The position numbers and the translations under genes were made by a program. 51,280 bases of DNA. Origin: Kiritimatiellia bacterium (GTDB lineage: Bacteria; Verrucomicrobiota; Kiritimatiellia; RFP12; JAAYLN01). This document shows, one piece after another, positions 18,107 to 27,766 of this stretch. The stretch spans positions 1 to 51,280 of the forward strand of contig JAGCUY010000084.1 in assembly GCA_017962605.1 (NCBI GenBank). Reading direction: 5' to 3'. The stretch's first letter is position 1; every line of letters starts with the position of its first letter. The notes under the pieces are model-generated. The model was not told the DNA's origin. It searched no databases and saw nothing but the letters and a program-made list of their open reading frames with translations.

Positions 18107-19235
18107 ACGATTCTTGCTCAAGCTCATCCAGCACGAAGGCGACGACCAGGGCCAGCCGCGCCCGATTCGCTGGCTGCTCTCAATCCTTGAGGGCTGCTCG
18201 CGGCTCTTCGGCATCGTCGTCCGCCTGCGAGCCTGGCTCTACGAGGCGGGGCTGAAGCGCCGCTTCCCCCTTGGCTGCCAGGTAATCAGCGTAGGCAACG
18301 TCACCGTTGGCGGCACAGGCAAGACGCCAGTCGTGGAAATCCTCGCGCGGACGCTGCGCGACGAAGGCCGCGCCGTGGCCATCATCAGCCGCGGCTACCG
18401 CAAGAAGGAGACGCCCTTCCTCCAGCGCCTTCTCCATGGTGAAGGCTTCGCGCCACGCGTCGTGAGCGACGGGCACCGCGTCCTACTCGGCAGCGACATG
18501 AGCGGCGACGAGCCGTTCATGCTGGCCAGCAACCTGCCTGGCGTCGTGGTCCTCGTCGATAAGAACCGCGTCAAGGCCGGGCGCTACGCCATCCGCCACT
18601 TCGGGTGCGACGTCCTCATCCTCGACGACGGCTTCCAATACATGAAGCTGCGCCACTCGCATGAAATCGTCCTCGTCGATTCCACCAACCCCTTCGGCAA
18701 CGGCCATCTGCTTCCGCGCGGCATCCTGCGCGAGCCGGCGGCGAACATCCGCCGCGCCAACTTCATCTTCATCACGAAGTCGGATGGCCAGACGGATGCG
18801 CTGCGGGCGCGGCTGAAGCGCCTCAACCAGACAGCCGAAATCGCGGAATGCCGCCATACGCCGCGCTTCTACCGCAACGTCTATTCGGCGGAGACCATGC
18901 CGCTTGAGAAAATCGCGGGCATGAAAGTCGTCACGCTCGCCGGGATCGCGGCGCCGATGGGCTTTGAGAACTCCGTGTCCGCGATGGGCGGGCGCATCCT
19001 CGCCCACGAGCGATTCCCCGACCACTACCGCTACCGCACGCAGGACATAATCAACATTATAAACAACGCGGACGAACTCGGCGCCGACGCGATCCTCACC
19101 ACGGAGAAAGACGCCGTCCGCCTCCCGCACCTGGCGCACCCCAAGGTACCGATTTTCTACATGCGCATGGAAATCGAGATCGTCCGTGGCTTCGACAACT
19201 TCCGCCAGTGCGTTGACCGCATCTGCATGGATTAG
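18069..19235 (+). CDS. lpxK: Tetraacyldisaccharide 4'-kinase LpxK
   Basis: [38 protein letters not shown] is the LpxK P-loop signature. Start could instead be TTG 18114, which would avoid the 38-nt overlap with the upstream gene. Confidence 0.8.
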   Translation: MTRALPNRRARLERFLLKLIQHEGDDQGQPRPIRWLLSILEGCSRLFGIVVRLRAWLYEAGLKRRFPLGCQVISVGNVTVGGTGKTPVVEILARTLRDEGRAVAIISRGYRKKETPFLQRLLHGEGFAPRVVSDGHRVLLGSDMSGDEPFMLASNLPGVVVLVDKNRVKAGRYAIRHFGCDVLILDDGFQYMKLRHSHEIVLVDSTNPFGNGHLLPRGILREPAANIRRANFIFITKSDGQTDALRARLKRLNQTAEIAECRHTPRFYRNVYSAETMPLEKIAGMKVVTLAGIAAPMGFENSVSAMGGRILAHERFPDHYRYRTQDIINIINNADELGADAILTTEKDAVRLPHLAHPKVPIFYMRMEIEIVRGFDNFRQCVDRICMD

Positions 19236-19332
19236 CCGCATGCGACTATTTCAAAAGTTCGCAAAAGAGTACACAGGACAGCACATTAATAATCGTAGAA
19301 GAAAATAAAACAAACATAAACAAAAAAAATAC

Positions 19333-19361
19333 TTGACAAAAAAATTAAAAAAACATATAAT
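19333..19361 (+). promoter_or_regulatory. Perfect consensus sigma70 promoter (-35 TTGACA, 17-nt spacer, -10 TATAAT) in a very AT-rich 160-nt tract. RBS AGGAG sits 9 nt before ATG 19397.
   Basis: The sequence is TTGACAaaaaaattaaaaaaacaTATAAT. The local GC collapse marks a boundary after lpxK. Confidence 0.6.
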
Positions 19362-19396
19362 TATTTCATCAAAATTAAAAAGGAGCAATTACGAAT

Positions 19397-19735
19397 ATGA
19401 GCGAAAAGGAATTTCTGAGTCTGGAAGAAGTCGCCGAAATGCTCGGGGTGACTTACCAGTTGGTTTACAAGCTGGCGCGCAGCGGGGAGATTCCCGCAGT
19501 GCGGCTGGGAAAGCTCTACCGCGTTTCCCGCGCAGATCTGGCGGAATATCTTGAATCCAAGAAACGCGAAACGCAGGGCGGCGGGACCTGTTCAGTCTGC
19601 GGCGAGGTTTACCGCAGCAGGCAGTCGCTCCAGCATGTTTGCCAGGAGGACGGTTGCAATGAGGCCATCTGCAATGACTGCTGGACGCGCAGGGGCGTAC
19701 GCAAATGCATCGAACATGGTGGCGCGGTAAAGTAG
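19397..19735 (+). CDS. Excisionase-family (HTH_17/MerR-superfamily) DNA-binding protein with a C-terminal Cys-rich zinc-ribbon extension
   Basis: LSLEEVAEMLGVTYQLVYKLARSGEIPAVRLGKLYRVSRADLAEYLE matches the excisionase-family HTH. The C-terminus carries CSVCGE...CQEDGCNEAICNDCW...CIEH. Confidence 0.65.
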   Translation: MSEKEFLSLEEVAEMLGVTYQLVYKLARSGEIPAVRLGKLYRVSRADLAEYLESKKRETQGGGTCSVCGEVYRSRQSLQHVCQEDGCNEAICNDCWTRRGVRKCIEHGGAVK

Positions 19736-19824
19736 GTGCCGCAGCAGCAAGTGTTTTTCAAGTATAAAAATTCTTGACGGCCACGTGTGGTTTTTGTTAG
19801 CATTAATTTTATTGGAGTAAGACA

Positions 19825-21381
19825 ATGCATTCAGTGGAGACAATGCCTGAAATCGACGCCGCAACGCATACGGCGCAGGACGTTGTCTGCCCACAGTGCG
19901 GATGCCCGACCGACTCTGGCCGTTTTTGCCAACATTGCGGTGCACGGCTTGACAAGGTTGCGCCAGTCGAGAGTAGCGCGAACACGCAATGCAATAATAG
20001 AGACAATTCGCTCTATGCGACTTCATTGCCCCAAGCGCCCAATTTGTCTGAGTTTCCACAAACGCCAGAGCTGCAACAAACGCCAGAGCTGCAACAAACG
20101 CCAGAGTTGCCCAAGTTGCCTGAATTGCCAAAGTTGCAAAAGCTGCCAACGATATCGGGAATGCCCAGGCAAGGCGTAGCGACCGCACATAATCGGGCAT
20201 TCTCGCTTGAATGCAGTCTCCCTGAACGGTTTGTTGAGGGTATGACTGCGGCAGTGCTGTTTCGAATTCGTCGCGAGTGGCGCGAAGCGGAGGAAACAAC
20301 AATTTCCCTTATTGATGGCAAGCGCGTTTTGGCAGGGCCTGTAACGAGAAAGGGCATTTTAGGTCGTAAGGGCGATGAAGTCTCGCTAAACTTCCAACCA
20401 GACGTGTCAGGCGCAATTTCAGTTCTAGTCAAGATAGAGAGCCGTTTTGGCGGGATGGCTGAAAGCGAGGTTCGCACCGCGCCGCTGCTCCTGCCGGTTG
20501 AACCTGCAACCGAAGCACCGGCCCATGGGCCCGTTTCAATTAATGTCAACAATGATGGAGGAATTGTTGACTTGCAATCCAATGGTTTTGCCGCGCAGCT
20601 GGGGCTGTCAAGAGGCGACCGTCTTAACACCATTTCGAATCCGCGCATTTTCAGGCAGGTGGAAGGGATGGCCATTGTTGCGTCGCCCACGCGCCTCACA
20701 TTGGAGCATCATGGGTGTCGCCTTCATTTGATTTCTCGATCCCCTGCCTGGTTTGGCAGACAGCATGAGCGCCCTGACAAAGGGCGGACACTTGACAATG
20801 CCGCAACGCTGTGGTGCTTTACGGCAGACGGGGCGGATCCTGACGCGACTTTGTCGCAATGGATTTCCAGAACGCATTTTCTACTGGAGCGAGATGGCGC
20901 GCGATGCAGATTGCGTGACGGAGCACCGGCACGCGACAAGTCCGGGAACATTCTTTCAGGCGGGCCAATTACGGCGTCGGGTTGCGGCATAGCAGTCGAT
21001 GGAGAGGAATTGCCGCCACGCGGAGCCAAGACACTCGCATCGGGACATGAGGCTAACGTCGTGCTGGCGCCAAGAATGCGTGACGGCGGGGCGTTGTCGT
21101 TGCGCCTTCGGACTTTATTGGATTGCGCGCGCCGCGGTTGCTCGGCAGGGGCGCTGCTACGCCGCGCCGACAGTGTTCCAGAAGCATACATGGTCCTCTG
21201 GGGTGAAACCGATCTGGGAGAATTTGACGAATCCCTGCGCAATTGGACGGCGCTCTGGGATGGCGCGCGTTTTCTCGTCCGCGGGCAAGATGGCGTAGAA
21301 CATGCAATTGCGGCAGGCGACGCATTTGGGCCGATGAACGCGCCAGTATTCGTGACCCCGTTCAGGCAGATAGGCATGTGA
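19825..21381 (+). CDS. Hypothetical protein with an N-terminal zinc ribbon, a PELQQT/PKL tandem-repeat linker and a C-terminal region with a possible FHA-like segment
   Basis: The N-terminus has CPQCGCPTDSGRFCQHCGARL. Repeat nt 20050-20160 is an 18-mer x3 followed by 9-mers. The C-terminal ISRTHFLLERDGARCRLRDG...GNILSG is weakly FHA-like. Confidence 0.4.
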   Translation: MHSVETMPEIDAATHTAQDVVCPQCGCPTDSGRFCQHCGARLDKVAPVESSANTQCNNRDNSLYATSLPQAPNLSEFPQTPELQQTPELQQTPELPKLPELPKLQKLPTISGMPRQGVATAHNRAFSLECSLPERFVEGMTAAVLFRIRREWREAEETTISLIDGKRVLAGPVTRKGILGRKGDEVSLNFQPDVSGAISVLVKIESRFGGMAESEVRTAPLLLPVEPATEAPAHGPVSINVNNDGGIVDLQSNGFAAQLGLSRGDRLNTISNPRIFRQVEGMAIVASPTRLTLEHHGCRLHLISRSPAWFGRQHERPDKGRTLDNAATLWCFTADGADPDATLSQWISRTHFLLERDGARCRLRDGAPARDKSGNILSGGPITASGCGIAVDGEELPPRGAKTLASGHEANVVLAPRMRDGGALSLRLRTLLDCARRGCSAGALLRRADSVPEAYMVLWGETDLGEFDESLRNWTALWDGARFLVRGQDGVEHAIAAGDAFGPMNAPVFVTPFRQIGM

Positions 21382-21451
21382 CCGGGACATGACAATGGTC
21401 TTAGGTAAAAAAATAGGGACTTCAACTTTCAATAAAAAATAAGGACAAAAC

Positions 21452-23500
21452 ATGGGACTCTTCTACGACAAATGCAATGCAATCGTTAATCGTGCCACAG
21501 GCGAGGCCCTGACAGGCGAAGCACTTGAGGCGGCCCGAATGTTGTTGAATGGCGTTGACGGCAACGGCAACCCAGTCCACCTACATGGGAAAGACGCCGA
21601 GGCGGTGCTCGCCACACGCGGCTGGGGAATCTGCGGCAATCCAGTTGCAAAAAAGGCCCGCTTCTGCCGCGAATGCGGCACAGGCGCGCCAAACGGATGG
21701 GTAAAATGCCCCAACTGCGGCAAATGGATTGGCAACGACGCCCGCTACTGCCCGCACTGCAACCACCCGTTGCACCCGGAAGAGCGCGTTGACATCGCGG
21801 GCGGAGTGTGGGATCGCGCCCCAGGCGTCTTCGCGCAGCGCTTTGAGTGCGGCGAGGACGAGCGCCAGCTTAGGGAGGGAATCATGGTGCAGGAGGGGAC
21901 GGTCGCCATCCTCATGGACGGCGGTCGGAAGACCCACATTCTCAGCCCAGGCCGCCATACTCCGGATGGGACGCTTCGTGCCATCAACTGGTTCGGCAAC
22001 CCGCCGCCGCGCTCCATCGTCCTTGTTGCATCCGGCGACATGGTCTTCTCCGTCTCGTTCCAAGGGTTGCGCTCCGCCGAAGAGTTGCCTGTGACGGCGA
22101 CTGCGGATGTGACGCTGCGGTTCGTCCCCAGCAAGGCCACCGCTTTTCTCGAAAACTTCCTAAAGGAACGCCGCAGCGTCTCCGCCGAAGCGGTATGCGA
22201 ATGGCTGATGGCCGAAGCCCAGTCCGCCGCCAAGGACATGGCGATTCAATCCACTGTGGAAGACCTTGTCAAGGATCCGGACAGACGTCCGCGCTTCGAA
22301 ACAGCGCTCACCCGTGCGCTTGAAGAGATACTTGACCGCAACGGCCTTTCGCTCGTCCGCGTCGGCGCGGTCGAGTTCAGCGGCGCCGACTACGAAAAGA
22401 TGCGCGCAAAATACGCCGAACTCGACAAGGCCCGCCGCGAGCTGGAGTTCAAGCGCGCCAATCTGGCGCTGATCGTTTCCGAAGAGGAAACCGACCTGGC
22501 GGACGCCAAGGAGCGCGAAGAGCGCAATATCGCCGATGGCGAGGCGCGTGCGGAACGCGAGGCCAAGGACACGGAGTTCCACGCGAAGAAAGAGAAGGAA
22601 GTCAAGGATTATCTGGATCAGTTGGCGCAGGAGAAGGAACTAGCCGATATCGACCGTTCCGAGGAGCTCCAGCTGGCGCTTCGCGTCTCGTCCGGGCGGC
22701 TGGCCCGCAAGGACGCGGAACTGGAGGCGGCGGCGCGTCTTGAGCGCGATGCCCGCGAAACGGAGACACTCGCCCACAAGCTGGGGCTGGACCTGCAGCT
22801 GAAGGAATACACCCGCGACTCGCTGCTGAAGGATGCCGAAGCCGCCGCGCGCGTCGCCGCAGTAAAGCGCGACGAGCGCATTGCCGAAGCCCGCGCGGAC
22901 GCCGAAATCACCGTCCTTTCAGTCGAAGCCTGGGCGAAGCAGGCCGCCGCCGCCGGCCGCGGCTACAAGGAATACCTGATTCAGATCGCCGCCGGGCAGG
23001 ACGCGATGAACAGAGTACAGACGGATCATCTTACGCGCCTTCTGGATATCAAGGCACGCAACGCCGCAATTAAGGCAGAGGCCGACCGCAACCGCGCGGA
23101 AATTACTAAAGGCCGCAGTTACAGCGAACTGGCTGCCTTCTACGGCGAAGACCCCGGCGCCCGCAAGGAATTCGCCGAATTGGAGAAACTCCGTATCCAG
23201 TCCAACATGGCGCAGCAGCAGATCCTCGCGATGCAGGCGGGCCAGTCGCAGTGGGCGGCGGCCGCCTACGCCGACGGCGAAAGGGCTGCTGCTGCGGCAG
23301 CAGCGGCGAAGGACAGCGCCGCGCGGGAAGTCCTCGCCGAGGTTAAAAAGAACAAGGACGAACTCCGCGCCGACCTGAAGGACATGCGCGAGCATGATGA
23401 AAGGCTCTTCGGCGCCGCAGCCGCAGTCGCGACAAAAGCCGCCGAGAAGCCAATTCCCCCGCCGCCGCCTCCCCCACCGACGCAGCAGATCATCAAGTAG
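21452..23500 (+). CDS. Double zinc-ribbon protein with an SPFH/band-7 (flotillin-like) domain and a ~400-aa Glu/Ala/Arg-rich coiled coil, ending in a poly-Pro tail
   Basis: The N-terminus has CGNPVAKKARFCRECG and CPNCGKWIGNDARYCPHCNHPL. GIMVQEGTVAILMDGGRKTHILSPGRHT...PVTATADVTLRFV resembles the SPFH core. A long EA-rich heptad region precedes a C-terminal PPPPPPPPT. Confidence 0.45.
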   Translation: MGLFYDKCNAIVNRATGEALTGEALEAARMLLNGVDGNGNPVHLHGKDAEAVLATRGWGICGNPVAKKARFCRECGTGAPNGWVKCPNCGKWIGNDARYCPHCNHPLHPEERVDIAGGVWDRAPGVFAQRFECGEDERQLREGIMVQEGTVAILMDGGRKTHILSPGRHTPDGTLRAINWFGNPPPRSIVLVASGDMVFSVSFQGLRSAEELPVTATADVTLRFVPSKATAFLENFLKERRSVSAEAVCEWLMAEAQSAAKDMAIQSTVEDLVKDPDRRPRFETALTRALEEILDRNGLSLVRVGAVEFSGADYEKMRAKYAELDKARRELEFKRANLALIVSEEETDLADAKEREERNIADGEARAEREAKDTEFHAKKEKEVKDYLDQLAQEKELADIDRSEELQLALRVSSGRLARKDAELEAAARLERDARETETLAHKLGLDLQLKEYTRDSLLKDAEAAARVAAVKRDERIAEARADAEITVLSVEAWAKQAAAAGRGYKEYLIQIAAGQDAMNRVQTDHLTRLLDIKARNAAIKAEADRNRAEITKGRSYSELAAFYGEDPGARKEFAELEKLRIQSNMAQQQILAMQAGQSQWAAAAYADGERAAAAAAAAKDSAAREVLAEVKKNKDELRADLKDMREHDERLFGAAAAVATKAAEKPIPPPPPPPPTQQIIK

Positions 23501-23557
23501 GAAACTTCCAACTGTTAACCAAACTAACAAGGTCAACTAAGTCAACAAAGGAGAAAA

Positions 23558-24301
23558 ATGAACATACATGCAACACTATTGACGACAACTGCGGCAATCG
23601 TTTTCGCGTCAGGCTGCAGGACAGTCCTGCCGGTCGCCACCTATCCTGCGCGGGCGCAGGCAGACTCCCTCCGCGTGGCGGTTGTCGCGCAGAACGAGGA
23701 AGGGAAGGGCGACGCAATCTCAACAGCCGCCGCGTCAGCCACGCGCAAGGCACTTGTCGAGAAGGGTTTCCGCGTGGAGGATTCGGATTCGCCTGATGTG
23801 CGTGTCTCGCTTGACGTCTCGCACCGTGAGGTGAACCGCGCCGGCGACTTCATCCTCATGGAGGGACAGGTCGTGGCCCGCGCGACGGTTCCGGCTCGCG
23901 AGAACCGCGTCCTCGGGGACGAACTCATAAAGGCGCGCGCCCAACGTGCCCTTGGCGAAAGCGCGGCTATAGACGAACTAACCAAGGCATTGGTGCCGCA
24001 GGTGACGGACTGGGCGTCGCGCTCGATTTCAGTCAGCGCGACTGGCGTCAGGGCGCAGACTGTCGTAATATCATACGCCAAGGCGAGCGCCAAGAGATTG
24101 CCTGAATTCAAGACGAAGTTCGTCACTGCGGTTCTTTCAACCACAGGAGTCCGCTCGTGCGTTCTCGTCAGCGAGAACGCCGTTCCGCCTACGGCCGAAT
24201 TCCGCGTCGTTTATGACGAAGGAGCGTTCCCGGCAGGGCTTGTGAACGAAATCGCAGTCCGTCATCCCGAACTCAACCTGCGCCCAGGCGCGCCATTTTG
24301 A
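23558..24301 (+). CDS. Lipoprotein (lipobox AIVFASGC), paralogous to domains of the two downstream secreted proteins
   Basis: A signal peptide plus Cys lipobox is present. The region GFRVEDSDSPDVRVSLDVSHREVNRAGDFILMEGQVVARATVPARENRVLGDE aligns with GFKVAFDAENADVALQLSVRKSVFDRTGSYAVMEGSVRAIAAIPARKGFYLGE of the next gene. Confidence 0.5.
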   Translation: MNIHATLLTTTAAIVFASGCRTVLPVATYPARAQADSLRVAVVAQNEEGKGDAISTAAASATRKALVEKGFRVEDSDSPDVRVSLDVSHREVNRAGDFILMEGQVVARATVPARENRVLGDELIKARAQRALGESAAIDELTKALVPQVTDWASRSISVSATGVRAQTVVISYAKASAKRLPEFKTKFVTAVLSTTGVRSCVLVSENAVPPTAEFRVVYDEGAFPAGLVNEIAVRHPELNLRPGAPF

Positions 24302-24326
24302 AAGCCCAACAGCAAAGGAAAAGACA

Positions 24327-25595
24327 ATGAACAACACCAGGCAAATCGTATGTGCGGCGCTATTCGCGGCAAGCATGGCCATTCCCTCCGCCACCCAGGC
24401 GCAGTATGATGTACGCAAGTCCGCTCCGCCTACTGAATTCCCGCGCGAAGTCCGCGCCTCGTTGCGGGAACTCATCGGGGGTGAAGTCCGAGAATCGCTC
24501 AAGGACGCCTCCATTCCCAGCGGGCACGCCATAGTCGTAGCCCCGATTTCCGGCGACCTCGACAACGAGACCCGCAACCAGCTCAAGAACGCCATCTCGG
24601 CGGCAGGGCTCGTCTGCGTCGAGGCGAGCGACGACAAGTGGGAGGCGATAATGAAGGAACTAGGTTTCAACGAAGGCTTCAAAGACATGCTCGACCAGCG
24701 CACCATGACGCGTCTCGGCGAACTTCTCCCCTCTGAAGTCCTCCTCTACGGGAAAATCCGCACCTCTCGGGGTATGGCCGGCGGCAAGCGCGTCCCTGCC
24801 AAGGCGCCTGATGTGGAGCTTTCGCTTCACGCCGCCGATTTGCGGACGCGCCGCCATGTCTGGGGCAGAGACTTTGTATTTTGCAAAACGAATTCAGTCC
24901 CGCCTCCGCCACAACAGCCCACCCCGCGCTTGCTTCCTGCCGACGCGACATCTGCCGATTTATCCGTGTTTGTCACGGCGCGGCCGCAAGACGACGATTC
25001 CTCCGATTTGGCACTCGAACTCCTCTCAATCGCCCGCGAAACGATTGGCAGACAGGGCTTCAAGGTTGCGTTTGACGCCGAGAATGCCGATGTTGCCCTC
25101 CAGCTCTCCGTCCGCAAGTCGGTATTCGACCGCACGGGGAGCTACGCCGTTATGGAAGGCTCGGTTCGTGCGATTGCGGCGATTCCCGCCCGCAAGGGGT
25201 TCTACCTCGGCGAGACGCACATAGACCGCGAACGCGGCGAGCGCAGTCTTGGGGATCGCGACGCCATGCTCTCCGTACGCGACGGGATTGAGCCGAAGCT
25301 CGTTTCGTGGATCGGACAAAATGTGACAGTTGAGAAAACCGGTCTTGCAGCCGTAACGATTCCATGTGACATTTCAATGATGGAAGATGAAAACGCCAAG
25401 GCGAAATTCATAAGCGACTTCTGCGCCGGAGCCGCCAGAATCGACGGCGTCGTCCGGTGTTCTCTTGCCACGCAGACAGATGACCGCGCCGATTTCTATT
25501 TTGCCTATTTGCCGGAAAAACTCCCCGAAGGCCCGGCAAACGCCGTACGTTCCCGCTATCCGGAACTTTTCCCTGTTTCCGAACAAATTTACTAA
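24327..25595 (+). CDS. Secreted protein (signal peptide) with two tandem copies of the lipoprotein-family domain
   Basis: The N-terminus is MNNTRQIVCAALFAASMAIPSATQA. There is internal duplication and paralogy to the 23558 and 25618 genes. Confidence 0.5.
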   Translation: MNNTRQIVCAALFAASMAIPSATQAQYDVRKSAPPTEFPREVRASLRELIGGEVRESLKDASIPSGHAIVVAPISGDLDNETRNQLKNAISAAGLVCVEASDDKWEAIMKELGFNEGFKDMLDQRTMTRLGELLPSEVLLYGKIRTSRGMAGGKRVPAKAPDVELSLHAADLRTRRHVWGRDFVFCKTNSVPPPPQQPTPRLLPADATSADLSVFVTARPQDDDSSDLALELLSIARETIGRQGFKVAFDAENADVALQLSVRKSVFDRTGSYAVMEGSVRAIAAIPARKGFYLGETHIDRERGERSLGDRDAMLSVRDGIEPKLVSWIGQNVTVEKTGLAAVTIPCDISMMEDENAKAKFISDFCAGAARIDGVVRCSLATQTDDRADFYFAYLPEKLPEGPANAVRSRYPELFPVSEQIY

Positions 25596-25617
25596 TCAGG
25601 CTAAAGGAGTTCCCGCA

Positions 25618-26802
25618 ATGAAAAAAAGCATCGCAGCCCTTTTCACCGCTTTCGTAACCTGTGCGTTTGCCGCGTTCGCACAGTCCGTCAACCCCAATGT
25701 CGAGCCCGGCGCCCCAAGGGCGAAACCCGCCCCCGGCCACGCCCATGTGGGCGAGGTCCTCGATTTCGTCGATCCGGCATTTCCTTCGGACACCCTTCGT
25801 CAGACAATCCAGGAGACTGTTGACCGCTTTGGCGAGGCGCTGCGCGCGTCGTCAGTCCCGAAAGACGTGCCGCTTACGCTCCTGCCAGTCGTCGGCGACC
25901 GCACGGGCTACGTCGCGTCGCTCATGAAGAGCGCCATCACCGATGCCGGGCGAAAGTATGTCGTCGCCGAAAACGATTCCGAATGGAAGGCCATTCCCGC
26001 ACATGTCGAATGGTCCGAACGCAAAGGCGACATCCTTGACAAGGAGACGCTGTTGAAGTTCGGCGCCCTGCAGGCCGCCCGCATCCTGCTCGTTGCAGAA
26101 ATCCGCGTGGCGCAGATTTCGGATCGCGGCGTCCTTGTTGAGATAGACGCCCATGCGGCAGATGCCAGGACAGCCAACCACATCTGGGGCGGCGTCTTCA
26201 CGCGCCGCCGCTACGTTGGCGCGGAGCTTCCTGTGAAGGCGATAGACCTGCCGCGGGAAGTGCGCGACACGCTTCAAAACGAACTGCTCGCGAAGACCGT
26301 CGCCTCGCTGAAGGACTGTCCCGCGCTTGCCAAATACCCGCGCATCGCCTTTGTCCCCCTTTCGGCCGACGAGGATGGCTACGCGACGGACATTCTCCGC
26401 GAGGCATTCGTCAAGGCCGGCGTCTCGCTCGTCAACCTTGATGCCTCGTCGCCATCCGAGGCTCGCGCCATCCTGCGTGACAAGCCCGCGAACAAGGCCG
26501 ACGCCTTCCTCTACGGGACTGTTCGCAAGTTGCGCGAAGTGTCCATTGATGAAAAGCCAGAGGGCGTCGCCACGAACTACACGGTCGAGTGGACGGTCTC
26601 CGTCGAGACCGCCGGAGACCGCCTTCAGCCCTATGTCGCGACAATCCAGGCCACCGGGACGGACTTCCATAAAAACGGCTGGTGGGATCGCGTCTGCCAC
26701 CATCTTCCATTCCTGCGCGGTCGTGGTTGGACACTTGTCTGCCTAATAATCGTCCTCGCAGTTGTCTTCGCAGTTCTCCGCGCCACGACACGCGTCCGCT
26801 AG
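25618..26802 (+). CDS. Secreted protein (signal peptide) with the paralogous tandem-domain architecture and a C-terminal TM anchor
   Basis: Start was chosen at ATG 25618 (MKKSIAALFTAFVTCAFAAFAQS), with RBS aaaggag upstream. The C-terminus GWTLVCLIIVLAVVFAVL is hydrophobic. The upstream part of the 25465 ORF overlaps the previous gene. Confidence 0.5.
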   Translation: MKKSIAALFTAFVTCAFAAFAQSVNPNVEPGAPRAKPAPGHAHVGEVLDFVDPAFPSDTLRQTIQETVDRFGEALRASSVPKDVPLTLLPVVGDRTGYVASLMKSAITDAGRKYVVAENDSEWKAIPAHVEWSERKGDILDKETLLKFGALQAARILLVAEIRVAQISDRGVLVEIDAHAADARTANHIWGGVFTRRRYVGAELPVKAIDLPREVRDTLQNELLAKTVASLKDCPALAKYPRIAFVPLSADEDGYATDILREAFVKAGVSLVNLDASSPSEARAILRDKPANKADAFLYGTVRKLREVSIDEKPEGVATNYTVEWTVSVETAGDRLQPYVATIQATGTDFHKNGWWDRVCHHLPFLRGRGWTLVCLIIVLAVVFAVLRATTRVR

Positions 26803-26817
26803 AAGGAACTCCACGCC

Positions 26818-27732
26818 ATGGAAGCCGGTTTCCCGAAAAAGTGCTGCGTCTGCGGACGCTCCCTGCCTAACAAATACGCCGTCGCCGGCACCCGCGTCTC
26901 CGCGGATGGCGGCGAGGAGGCGTTCTGTGCATGGCACTGGAATCCGGAATCCAAGCGGCACAACGCCGCCGACACATCAACCGAAGAACCAGACCCAGCC
27001 ATCATTGCCCCCATGGAACCCGTCTCACCAATCCCCGCAACTGTGCAGCTCACAGTCGAGCAGAAGAAGTCCGCCGCGCGCGCGGCCCTTGACGCCATTG
27101 CAAAACTCGGCGCCGGCGTCGCCAGCCTTGTGAAGAAACTTTCCAGTGTCCAGGATCCGCAGGAGATGATCGACTCCTTCGGTGCGGCGCTGGAAGCGAA
27201 TCGCCAACGGCGCGAGCCGCTCCAAACCCGTTACGAAGCTCTCTTTGCGGAAATCGCTGCAAAAAAGAAGCTGTGGGTTGCAGCGCCCCCAGCGCGCAAG
27301 AAGATTCTTGAACTTGAACTTCGCTCGCTCCTATCCGAGTACCAGGGCCTTGAACGTCAGCTCACCGCGTATTTTGAGAACGAGCGGACGCTCGTCACTG
27401 TCCGTACGCGCGTCGAGGAGATTGTGGCGCTGGAGATGCGTAAAGTTTCCGAGAATCAGATCGACCGTCTTACAGACAAGCTCGACGACGCAGTGGATGA
27501 CGCCGAGGATGTAAACGGGGCGCTATCAGACCTTGAAAAGGCCGGGGCTCGCCGCGAAGGGGATTCCGCTTCACTTGAGGAAGCCCTATCCGGATTCGAC
27601 CTTGACGGCCTGACGCCTGAAAACGGCATCGCCGAGCCGCAGCCTGTCGCGGCCGCGGACGTTGCCATCCCTGCGGAGCCGGCGGCACCCGCCGCCGCAC
27701 CGATGCCAGACCTGGCCGATTTAATGCCTTAA
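26818..27732 (+). CDS. Zinc-ribbon protein fused to an ESCRT-III (Snf7/CHMP)-like helical domain
   Basis: The N-terminus has CCVCGRSLPN...CAWH. The helical region ELELRSLLSEYQGLERQLTAYFENERTLVTVRTRVEEIVALEMRKVSENQIDRLTDKLDDAVDDAEDVNGALSDL follows the Snf7 alpha3-alpha5 pattern (MDIDKVDDLMDEIQEQMELADEIS-like). The C-terminus is an acidic tail. Confidence 0.5.
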   Translation: MEAGFPKKCCVCGRSLPNKYAVAGTRVSADGGEEAFCAWHWNPESKRHNAADTSTEEPDPAIIAPMEPVSPIPATVQLTVEQKKSAARAALDAIAKLGAGVASLVKKLSSVQDPQEMIDSFGAALEANRQRREPLQTRYEALFAEIAAKKKLWVAAPPARKKILELELRSLLSEYQGLERQLTAYFENERTLVTVRTRVEEIVALEMRKVSENQIDRLTDKLDDAVDDAEDVNGALSDLEKAGARREGDSASLEEALSGFDLDGLTPENGIAEPQPVAAADVAIPAEPAAPAAAPMPDLADLMP

Positions 27733-27766
27733 CCGCCACCTTACTAAAAGCTAAACTCATAAAACC

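Noticed and set aside
25591-25604. ACTAATCAGGC upstream of the 25618 gene as a third copy of the bioB/larE upstream element
   Set aside because: Only the first 9 nt match, and they include the preceding gene's TAA stop. The GCTTGTG...TTTT part is absent, so this is probably coincidence.
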